From the NCBI GenBank assembly GCA_964464855.1, contig CAYXHJ010000001.1, forward strand, positions 1 to 27,882: a stretch of 27,882 nt of DNA, in the 5' to 3' direction. The notes beneath the pieces are model-generated. The model had not been told where the DNA came from. It was given only the letters and a program-made list of their open reading frames with translations, and ran no database searches. Both the position numbers and the translations under genes were made by a program. The number at the start of each line of letters is the position of its first letter. Position 1 is the stretch's first letter. This DNA comes from an uncultured Owenweeksia sp. (lineage in GTDB: Bacteria; Bacteroidota; Bacteroidia; Flavobacteriales; Schleiferiaceae). Positions 9,472 to 16,574 of this stretch are shown in pieces.

Positions 9472-9503
9472 AAAAAAAGGGGCCGCAAGCGGCCCCCCTT
9501 TTT
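9472..9503 (-). terminator. Intrinsic terminator after the small T9SS cargo gene
   Basis: Minus strand GGGGCCG-CTTG-CGGCCCC-T7, about 20 bp after the stop at 9524. Confidence 0.85.
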
Positions 9504-9523
9504 CCCTAACCCAGAGAAAAATA

Positions 9524-10294
9524 TTACTTGGTAACGAATACCTTTTCTACGGATTTAACGCCGTTGGCAACGATTTCAACCATGTACGTGCCCATTTCAA
9601 CAGCACCGCCGTTGTTGGCATCCAGGTTCCAAACGAAGCTGTGGTTACCGGCTTCCAAAGAACCAGCAGCCAAAGTCTTCACTTCCTGACCCAACAGGTT
9701 CAAAACGCGTACGGATACGTCGCCAGCCTTGCGGGTAGAGAAAGCTACTTTCGTGAAGTCAGCAGCAGGGTTTGGAGAAACGGTCAAGTCGTTCAAAGAC
9801 AACTCGCGGGTGCTCAAGTTCGGTGAAGAACCGTCGCACTGGAAGCAAGCGTCGTAGCAGAACAAAAACGCGGCATTGGCAGTAGGAATTACCAAGGTGC
9901 GGTTGATGTTGCCGGAGCCGTCGTCCACGCCGCAGTTATCCGTTACGATGGTGCTACCACTTCCACCTTCGTTGGTACCCCAATCGTTATTGACAAACTT
10001 GTACTGTTGGGTTGCGCCAGCTGAGGCAGCTGGGTAATCCACGGTGATGGACCAGATGTTGTTGCCTTCGTCCGTCATGGCAGATGCCGCGTTGCTGGGA
10101 GACCAATCGGCCATGGCCGTACCGCCGGTGGTAGCACCTTGGGTTTGGAAGTTACCGCCTACGCGCATGCCGTTAGCACCCAAGGAGTTGCCTGAAGCCA
10201 AGTAATCAGTAATGTCCACTTTGTAAGTCACAGAGACTTGAGCGAAAGCTGCGCTGGCAACCAGAGCAGCAGCAAGAGTAAGGGTTTTTTTCAT
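9524..10294 (-). CDS. Small secreted protein: signal peptide + single CBM20/48-like beta-sandwich module + T9SS type A C-terminal sorting domain
   Basis: Signal MKKTLTLAAALVASAAFAQ. Module VTYKVD..GMRVGGNF..W.P...MTDEGNNIWSITV...QYKFVNNDWG..E...C...NRTLVI..FCYDAC..C. CTD LTVSPNPA...VRVLNLLGQEV...GTYMVEI....KVFVTK. The CTD call is strong; the CBM identity is inferred from the motif pattern and context. Confidence 0.75.
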   Translation of the reverse strand: MKKTLTLAAALVASAAFAQVSVTYKVDITDYLASGNSLGANGMRVGGNFQTQGATTGGTAMADWSPSNAASAMTDEGNNIWSITVDYPAASAGATQQYKFVNNDWGTNEGGSGSTIVTDNCGVDDGSGNINRTLVIPTANAAFLFCYDACFQCDGSSPNLSTRELSLNDLTVSPNPAADFTKVAFSTRKAGDVSVRVLNLLGQEVKTLAAGSLEAGNHSFVWNLDANNGGAVEMGTYMVEIVANGVKSVEKVFVTK

Positions 10295-10329
10295 TTTGTT
10301 GTGTGTATTTAGGAAATTGGGTTGAGGGT

Positions 10330-10337
10330 CTAAGATA
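10330..10337 (-). promoter_or_regulatory. Possible internal -7 element (TATCTTAG) for the small T9SS gene
   Basis: One mismatch to TAnnTTTG in the 65-bp AT-rich gap after susD. Confidence 0.3.
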
Positions 10338-10359
10338 GAAAAGAATTAGCTGATGGAGC

Positions 10360-11970
10360 TCAATAATCGGGGTTCTGAATAAGGTTGGGATTGGCCAAGA
10401 CGTCAGAGGCAGGCAACGGGTAAAGGTCTAAGTGCAGACCCGTAGGCATGCCCTCTTTCACTCCACCCTTGAACGGCCAGATGTAGGCACTTCCGGCAAA
10501 TTTACCAAAGCGAATCAAGTCTTGACGACGGTGTCCTTCGTAGTGCAGTTCGCGCATGCGCTCGTCCAAGATCAGCTGCAAGTTCAGGGAACCAACGTGG
10601 TTGCTGCTGTTGCCGTACGCACGGGTGCGCAAATCGTTGAAGTACCCCAATGCCGTACCCAAATTGGTTCCGGTGCGCACAGCGCATTCGGCGTACATCA
10701 AGTAAATGTCTGCCAAGCGGAACATGGGGAAGTCCACGTCAACAAAAGTAACCGGCTCCACACCGGGATTTCCGTTCCGATCCACGTTGCGCCACTTGGT
10801 CAAAACATAACCTTGATACGGGTCTGCAAAATCGTCGATGGTGTCCGATTGACGCGTATAAGTGGTGTCAGCATTGGCGCCCGTTCCGGAGATTTCACGT
10901 CCGCGGATGGCAAAGGTGTACCGTGCGTCAAGGGTGTCGTTGAGCACATCGCTAAATGTTTTACGAGCGCGAAGGCCCTGCCAAGCGGAGGTAGTACCGT
11001 AGTCAATTCCGTAAATCTGGTTGTGCATGCTTCCGTGAACCAAGAAAGTTGTTCCGCCGTAATTGCGCGTACGGTTACCATCAAACGGTACGGAAAAGAT
11101 AAATTCTGGGCTCAAGTGGTTGTCTGCCAAGAACATGTGGCGGTAGTTGGGATCCAACGAGTAGCCTTCTTGAATGGCCTTTTCGCAGTCGGCCATGCAT
11201 TCTGCCCATTTGGGCGCACCGGTATACACCTCAGCGTTTAAGTACACCTTTGCGCGCAGGGCGTACAACGCTCCTTTTGAGGCGCGACCGTATTGGGTGT
11301 TCATACGGTTGGGCAAGTCGGCCTCTACAGCATTCAACTCGCTGAGCACGTATGCGAATAGGTCCGGGCGGGTGATGCGTTCCGGATAGTATACACCGGG
11401 GCGGTCCGACTCGTCCACAAATGGTACGTTTCCGTACAAATCCATGGCGTGGTAGTAGCTCAAGGCGCGCAGGAAGCGTGCTTCCGCTTTCATTTGCTTA
11501 ACAACAGCCTTTTGCTCCGCTGTGAACCCTTTGCTGTCCATCCACTCGTCCGTGGTGTACCGAATGAATTCGTTGGCCAACGCAATCTGGTAGTAGGTTC
11601 GGTAGTAAAAGCTGTTGACAAAAGAGCTGGTGGGGTCCCAGGTCATGGTGACCAATTCCGGTACGCCGGGATCGTTCCAGCCGCAAACTACCTCGTCCGT
11701 GGGCAACTCCTGCAAGTTCCACAGCAAGCGAATGTACTGGGAGAAGCCTTCGTCGATTCCGGAAATATCGGGCTGTCCCGCAGGGCCGTTGTTGCCCGAT
11801 ACGGCCAGACCTCCGTACAGCTTAGCCAATACGTTGTCGTAGTTTTCAAAGTCGGAGTACACCGCTTCGGCGTTCATTCCGTACTTGGGCGTGAGGTCCA
11901 AGTCTTTGGCGCACGAACCCACCAGCAAAGCGATGCCGGTCAAAAGGGAAAGATTTTTCACAATTTTCAT
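10360..11970 (-). CDS. susD: RagB/SusD-family outer-membrane glycan-binding lipoprotein
   Basis: Lipobox LLVGSC, ELPTDE, EARFLRALSYY..DLYGNVP, GRASKGA, FRLADIYLMYAE and ERMRELHYEGHRRQDLIRFG. It resembles starch-type SusD (GLAVSGNNGP.GQPDI.GIDEGF) and lies directly after susC. Confidence 0.95.
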   Translation of the reverse strand: MKIVKNLSLLTGIALLVGSCAKDLDLTPKYGMNAEAVYSDFENYDNVLAKLYGGLAVSGNNGPAGQPDISGIDEGFSQYIRLLWNLQELPTDEVVCGWNDPGVPELVTMTWDPTSSFVNSFYYRTYYQIALANEFIRYTTDEWMDSKGFTAEQKAVVKQMKAEARFLRALSYYHAMDLYGNVPFVDESDRPGVYYPERITRPDLFAYVLSELNAVEADLPNRMNTQYGRASKGALYALRAKVYLNAEVYTGAPKWAECMADCEKAIQEGYSLDPNYRHMFLADNHLSPEFIFSVPFDGNRTRNYGGTTFLVHGSMHNQIYGIDYGTTSAWQGLRARKTFSDVLNDTLDARYTFAIRGREISGTGANADTTYTRQSDTIDDFADPYQGYVLTKWRNVDRNGNPGVEPVTFVDVDFPMFRLADIYLMYAECAVRTGTNLGTALGYFNDLRTRAYGNSSNHVGSLNLQLILDERMRELHYEGHRRQDLIRFGKFAGSAYIWPFKGGVKEGMPTGLHLDLYPLPASDVLANPNLIQNPDY

Positions 11971-11982
11971 CGGTTCGGGAGA

Positions 11983-14900
11983 TTAAAGTTGAACGTTGAG
12001 TTGGATGTTGAACACGCGTGGGCGGGGATACAGGTTGTTGTCAATACCGCCTGCAATTTCAGGATCCAGGCCGCGGTACTTGGTGATTACCAAGGCGTTT
12101 TGCATGGAAATGTTCAAGCTGGAGGCAAAGCGATCTTTGTACAATTTGCCCAAATTGTAGGAGAGGTACAGGTTGTCCAAACGCAAGTAGGAAGCGTTTT
12201 CCAGGTAGTAGCTGGACAGGTACTGCGGAGTGCGGAATTGGCTCTCCAAGAAGTCGCTGGTCAGGTTGGTCAAATGGGGTTGTGAACCACCTACGGAGAA
12301 GTAGTTTCCGTTAACGGAACGAACGTTGTTGTACACGTATTGTCCCAATTCAGCACGGACGGTGGCGCCACCGCTCCAACGCTTGTGCGTGAAGTTCAAG
12401 CTCATGCCGAACAAAGTGCGGGGCTCTGGGGTCAGATTGCGGAAGACCTTCAAATCTGCTGTGTTGATGACGCCGTCGCCGTTCTGGTCTACGTAGGCTT
12501 CGATGTCGGAGATTTTGCCGTCGCCGTCTGCGTCAACAACACCGGAATAGCTGCCCAAATTGGGTGTGTTGCTCTTCTCAATGGGTCGACCGTTGGCATC
12601 AAATCGCTGTTCGAAGGCGAAGTAGGTGAACATCGGGTTGTTTAAGGCGTGGATTTGGATGGTGTTGCCTACACCACCGGAAATACCACCCACTTGAATA
12701 CCCGGGCTGGCGGTGTCGTCCACCAGGGCCAACTTCAGGATTTTGTTGCGGTTCAGTGCACCGTTGAGGCCAATTTCAAAAGAAGACGTCTCGTTGGAAA
12801 CCAATACGAAATTGACGTTGGCTTCAATACCGCGGTTGGACATTTGACCCACATTGGTCAAAACGCGGTTGGAGAAGTTGGTTCCGGCCGGGATGGGCAC
12901 CACGCCCAACAGATCGTAGGTGTATTTCTGGTAGACATCCACCGCGCCGTTGATGCGGTTTTTCAGGAAACCAAAATCCAATCCAATGTTGGTAGTGGCC
13001 GTCTTCTCCCACTGCAAGTTGTAGTCGTACGCATCCGGACGCAGCATGGTCACGAAATCGTTGCCAAACTGGTACGAAGCTGTGCTGGAGCTGGGCATGT
13101 AGTTGGGGATGTACGCATAATCGTTGAAGATGTCTTGCTGACCGGTAATGCCCCAGCCGGCGCGCCACTTCAAGGTGGAGAAGGTGGAATTTCCAGCCAA
13201 GAAGCTCTCTTTCAAAAGGTTGTGTGCAATAGCTGCCGAGGGGAAGAGGCCCCATCGGCTTTCTTTGGAGAAGCGTGAAGAACCGTCTTGACGCAACGTG
13301 AAGGTGAACAAGTACTTGTCGTAGGCGTTCACGTTCCAGCGTCCGTAGAAAGACATCAATGCGTTTTCGGTAAAGAAATCATTGGCAGCAGGAGCCACGA
13401 TGGTGTCGGATTCGTCGGCATTCAATACCGGAAAGGTGGGGCTGGTGGTGCTCCAATGTTGAAAGGAATAACCGCCGGTTAGGTCCGTTTTGAAGTTCGC
13501 AGACAGGTTGGTTTTGTAGTTGAAATACGCTTCCAACAGTCGGTTGGTGCGGGTAGAGGCGTACTGTCCTTTTTCCCCGCCTTGGAACCACTGTGCAGCT
13601 GCCGTTGCTGGCGTAAAGAAGTTGCCGTGTGTGTTGGAGTGTTCTCCACCCAAATTCAAGTAAAGATGAAGCTTGTCGTCTGCCGTTGCTTTGTAATCAA
13701 ACAGTACGTTGCCCAACAAGCGCGTGTTGTGGCCAACGTCCGTGCGCTGTTCGATCAATCCCAAGGGGTTTTTGGGAGACAATCCGTTGGGTTCGTTGTT
13801 CCGAGTCCACTCGAAGAATCCGCCTAAAAAGGAGGTATCTCCGCTGTATACCGGACGCGTGGGGTCAAATGTGACGGCTGTTCCGATGGCACCGGTATTT
13901 GAGTAATTCTGTGTGGAATTGATCAACTTTCCAGAAATGTTGGCCTTGAGTTTGCCTTTAATCAATTCCGGTGAAGCATTCAAACTAGCGCTGTAGCGAG
14001 CCAGTTCCGAACGGCGCAAAACGCCGGTTTCGTGGTAGCGGCCCAAGCTTAAACGGTACGGCAAGTTTTTAATTCCGCCCGAAAAAGCAATATTCACGTC
14101 TTGCACCATACCGGTTTGGTAGATGACGTCTTGCCAGTTGGTGCGTGTGGCGCTGTCCGTTGGGATGATGGAGTCGAAGGTGCTTGCACCGTTGCGGGCC
14201 ACTTTGGTCCAACCTGGAGCCGTTGCCAATCGTGCAATTTGCGCCTTGGTACCGTAGGTGTTTACGGCATTGGCAAACTCGTCAGCGGTCAATACATTGA
14301 CCTGATTGCGGTTGTTGCGCACCGAATAAACCACATTTAAATCTGCATTAAACGCTTTGCCGGCTGCACCTTTCTTGGTGGTCACCAAGATGACACCATT
14401 CGCCGCGCGCGAACCGTAAATGGCCGCTGCGGAGGCGTCCTTCAAAATCGTGAAGCTTTCAATATCCGCTGGATTGATCAACCCCAAGCCGTCGGCGGGG
14501 AGACCGTCGATGACCACCAAAGGATCGTTGCTCGCATTGAGCGAAGAACCGCCGCGAATGCGGATTCTACTGCCTGCGCCCGGTTGGCCGCTGTTGGAGG
14601 TGATGCGAACGCCCGGGGTCTTACCCACAATGAGTTGTTCCGGTGTGGAAAATGCACCGCGTTGGAAGGTGCGGGATTTCACGCTGACCAACGAACCCGT
14701 CAAGTCTTTGGTGTTGGATTGACCGTATCCGATGACTACTACATCGTCCAATACCCGGACGTCTTCCGCAAGGGTGAAGTTGAGGGTGTACTCTTTACCC
14801 GCAACAACCGTTCCCGTCTTGCTGGAGCTTTTGTACCCCATACCGCTGACCAGCAACTTATACGTGCCGGCAGGTACGCTCAATTGGTACACGCCGTTCG

Positions 14901-15072
14901 CGTTGGTGACAACGGCATAGGATTTGCCTTCAACTTTTACGCTAACGCCCGGTAACGTTTCGCCTTTGTCGGACGAAACGGTGCCGCGAATGGTTCCGTT
15001 TTGTGCTGCTGCGGATGCGCTGAGTCCTAGGGACAATGCAGCGGCAGCCAGCCAGTGTAGGGGTTTCATCAT
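11983..15072 (-). CDS. susC: SusC/RagA-family TonB-dependent transporter
   Basis: Signal peptide, carboxypeptidase-regulatory-like N-domain, VVVIGYG, plug motifs IRIRGGSSL..NDPLVVIDG and LKDASAAAIYGSRAANGVILVTTKKG, DGSSRF, LQWEKT, ENASYLRLDN, and C-terminal YPRPRVFNIQLNVQL. Start may be 15072 or 15069. Confidence 0.96.
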   Translation of the reverse strand: MMKPLHWLAAAALSLGLSASAAAQNGTIRGTVSSDKGETLPGVSVKVEGKSYAVVTNANGVYQLSVPAGTYKLLVSGMGYKSSSKTGTVVAGKEYTLNFTLAEDVRVLDDVVVIGYGQSNTKDLTGSLVSVKSRTFQRGAFSTPEQLIVGKTPGVRITSNSGQPGAGSRIRIRGGSSLNASNDPLVVIDGLPADGLGLINPADIESFTILKDASAAAIYGSRAANGVILVTTKKGAAGKAFNADLNVVYSVRNNRNQVNVLTADEFANAVNTYGTKAQIARLATAPGWTKVARNGASTFDSIIPTDSATRTNWQDVIYQTGMVQDVNIAFSGGIKNLPYRLSLGRYHETGVLRRSELARYSASLNASPELIKGKLKANISGKLINSTQNYSNTGAIGTAVTFDPTRPVYSGDTSFLGGFFEWTRNNEPNGLSPKNPLGLIEQRTDVGHNTRLLGNVLFDYKATADDKLHLYLNLGGEHSNTHGNFFTPATAAAQWFQGGEKGQYASTRTNRLLEAYFNYKTNLSANFKTDLTGGYSFQHWSTTSPTFPVLNADESDTIVAPAANDFFTENALMSFYGRWNVNAYDKYLFTFTLRQDGSSRFSKESRWGLFPSAAIAHNLLKESFLAGNSTFSTLKWRAGWGITGQQDIFNDYAYIPNYMPSSSTASYQFGNDFVTMLRPDAYDYNLQWEKTATTNIGLDFGFLKNRINGAVDVYQKYTYDLLGVVPIPAGTNFSNRVLTNVGQMSNRGIEANVNFVLVSNETSSFEIGLNGALNRNKILKLALVDDTASPGIQVGGISGGVGNTIQIHALNNPMFTYFAFEQRFDANGRPIEKSNTPNLGSYSGVVDADGDGKISDIEAYVDQNGDGVINTADLKVFRNLTPEPRTLFGMSLNFTHKRWSGGATVRAELGQYVYNNVRSVNGNYFSVGGSQPHLTNLTSDFLESQFRTPQYLSSYYLENASYLRLDNLYLSYNLGKLYKDRFASSLNISMQNALVITKYRGLDPEIAGGIDNNLYPRPRVFNIQLNVQL

Positions 15073-15106
15073 GCGAATATTTTTGTGTTGCCGTGAAAAG
15101 GTGGCA

Positions 15107-15114
15107 CCAAAGTA
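15107..15114 (-). promoter_or_regulatory. Probable -7 element (TACTTTGG) of the susC promoter
   Basis: One mismatch to TAnnTTTG, about 35 bp upstream of the susC ATG. Confidence 0.45.
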
Positions 15115-15121
15115 GGCAATA

Positions 15122-15138
15122 AGTGTATAAAATACAAT
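15122..15138. promoter_or_regulatory. Candidate NrtR-family operator 3 (AGTGTA-TAAAA-TACAAT) at the susC promoter
   Basis: Same TGTA-N5-TACA core as the sites at 5197 and 5225, 7 bp upstream of the putative -7 element. Confidence 0.65.
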
Positions 15139-15226
15139 ATACCCCCTGCGGAGCCGTTAACATTTTTTTAACCGACTGTGCGCGCGCCCCTCGGGCAGGT
15201 CCGTCCCCGAGGGACGGATTGAACAC

Positions 15227-15254
15227 AAAAAAACCGCCCCGTTTTGGGGCGGTT
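15227..15254 (-). terminator. Intrinsic terminator (minus strand) downstream of the bacilliredoxin gene
   Basis: Minus strand AACCGCCCC-AAAAC-GGGGCGGTT followed by a T tract. No T tract on the plus strand. Confidence 0.85.
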
Positions 15255-15344
15255 GTGCGGAATTTCGAGCAAATTTATGCGACCGAATTAAGGAGACTGC
15301 TTGCATCGGTAAAAGCAAAATGATAACGGAGCGGGAATCACCCC
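15227..15344 (-). ncRNA. Candidate structured 3' UTR or small RNA between the brx stop and the terminator
   Basis: About 90 nt between the stop codon and the terminator, able to form ACCGA/TCGGT and ATTTTGC/GCATAAAT stems, with a perfect TAAATTTG element inside. No family assignment possible by eye. Confidence 0.25.
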
Positions 15345-15764
15345 TTAAGCACAGTGCTCTTCAAACGCTTGCATCAAATTATCGGCAATCATGTGGGCCG
15401 GACGCCCTTCGATGTGGTGGCGTTCAATCATGTGCACCAATTCACCGTCTTTGAACAGCGCCATGCAGGGCGAAGATGGAGGAAAGGGCAGCATCAGCTC
15501 GCGAGCACGGTTGACGGCCTGCGTGTCGTTGCCGGCAAAAGCCGTAACCAAACGGGTGGGTTTGTGGTTTGCTTGCTGCACGGCAGCAACAACCCCCGGG
15601 CGCGCCGTGCCTGCAGCACATCCGCAAACCGAATTGACCACAAACAATGTGGTTCCTTCCGCGTTTAACAAGGCAGCGTCCACGGCTTCCGGGGTACGCG
15701 CTTCAACAAAACCTGCGTGCACCAATTCTTGGCGCATGGGAGCAATCAAATCTTCGGGGTACAT
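15345..15764 (-). CDS. BrxA/BrxB-family bacilliredoxin (YphP/YqiW)
   Basis: MYPEDLIAPMRQEL...GF.E..T.EAV, VVNSVCGCAAGTARPG (CGC motif), TAFAGND..AV..AR, PPSSPCMALFKDGELVHMIERHHIEGR. Confidence 0.93.
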   Translation of the reverse strand: MYPEDLIAPMRQELVHAGFVEARTPEAVDAALLNAEGTTLFVVNSVCGCAAGTARPGVVAAVQQANHKPTRLVTAFAGNDTQAVNRARELMLPFPPSSPCMALFKDGELVHMIERHHIEGRPAHMIADNLMQAFEEHCA

Positions 15765-15788
15765 ACCTTTGGAGCGTCTAGATTTACA

Positions 15789-16574
15789 ATGGAAACAAAG
15801 TTACGCCGTTTGGGTTCACGCCAAGGATTTTGGACCCTCTTTTTGATTGCGATCCTCGCTGTCACGGGCACGGTTGCCGCTCAGGACGCCAAGGCTTGGG
15901 TGGCCGCTGCGGAAGCCAGCCAAGTGCGCTACAACGCCTACTCCACCGTTCGGGTTTCGTCGGTTCGACCTACCTACACTCGGGTGATGGAGGTGCGGGC
16001 TTGGACGCTGGGCAACACCCACGCTTTGGCGGAAGTTTTGGCACCGGCACAAGACAAGGGAATGGCCTACTTGCGGACCAACCAAAAAATCTGGAGTTAC
16101 CTTCCCAAGGCGAAGCAAGTGGTGCAGTTGCCGGCGTCCATGCTCATGCAAGGTTGGATGGGCTCGGATTTGCAGTTGGATCAGTTGCTGGGTGAGGCCT
16201 CTTTTTCCAAAGACTACGCGTTGACGCTACGCGAAGAAACCGTCACCACAAACGGCCGCAAGTGCCGCGTGATCTCTGCTGTTCCCAAGCCTGGATTGCC
16301 GGTGGTTTGGTCTGAGGTTCGTTTGCATCTGGCGCACGATAAGTCCGACGTAGTGCGCGTGGAGTATATGGATCGTCGGGGCAAATTGGCCCAAACCCTG
16401 GACGTTTTGGTGTACAAGACGTTCGACGGCGTTCGCATGCCCGCAGACCTTCGTTTTCAACCGGCAGGCAAGAAGCAGCATACCCGAATGGAAATTCTGA
16501 AATGGGAAAAACGCCCCGGATTGACGACGTCGTTCTTTACGGTGGATAAACTGAAGGCGCTTCCGGCCCAATGA
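15789..16574 (+). CDS. Outer-membrane lipoprotein-sorting (LolA-like) periplasmic protein
   Basis: Signal peptide then VRP...R.M.V.AW..G, APAQDKG.AYL....IW.YLP....V..LP.SM..QGWMGSD, which fits the LolA_like family. Start placed at METKL (15789) because the ORF-track start overlaps brx. Confidence 0.78.
   Translation: METKLRRLGSRQGFWTLFLIAILAVTGTVAAQDAKAWVAAAEASQVRYNAYSTVRVSSVRPTYTRVMEVRAWTLGNTHALAEVLAPAQDKGMAYLRTNQKIWSYLPKAKQVVQLPASMLMQGWMGSDLQLDQLLGEASFSKDYALTLREETVTTNGRKCRVISAVPKPGLPVVWSEVRLHLAHDKSDVVRVEYMDRRGKLAQTLDVLVYKTFDGVRMPADLRFQPAGKKQHTRMEILKWEKRPGLTTSFFTVDKLKALPAQ
15796..15803 (-). promoter_or_regulatory. -7 element TAACTTTG for the bacilliredoxin gene
   Basis: Perfect TAnnTTTG about 32 bp upstream of the brx ATG. 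It lies inside the first codons of the divergent LolA-like gene. Confidence 0.55.

Noticed and set aside
15102-15117. Sigma-54-like TGGCAC...GC upstream of susC
   Set aside because: The GG-to-GC spacing is 11 rather than 10, and it is on the strand opposite to susC.
15123-15323. 66-aa plus-strand ORF (MYKIQY...LLASVKAK)
   Set aside because: It runs through the operator, three hairpins and a terminator, has a TTG-type start inside the operator, and shows no recognisable domain.
15255-15330. Resemblance to a SAM-II riboswitch (TGCT...TGCAAGCA...ATAAAT..GCT)
   Set aside because: SAM-II needs UUGC pairing with GCUAA and a GAUUU loop. Here the sequence is AUGC and GCUCG, and no methionine/SAM gene lies downstream. 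It is kept only as an unassigned structured element.
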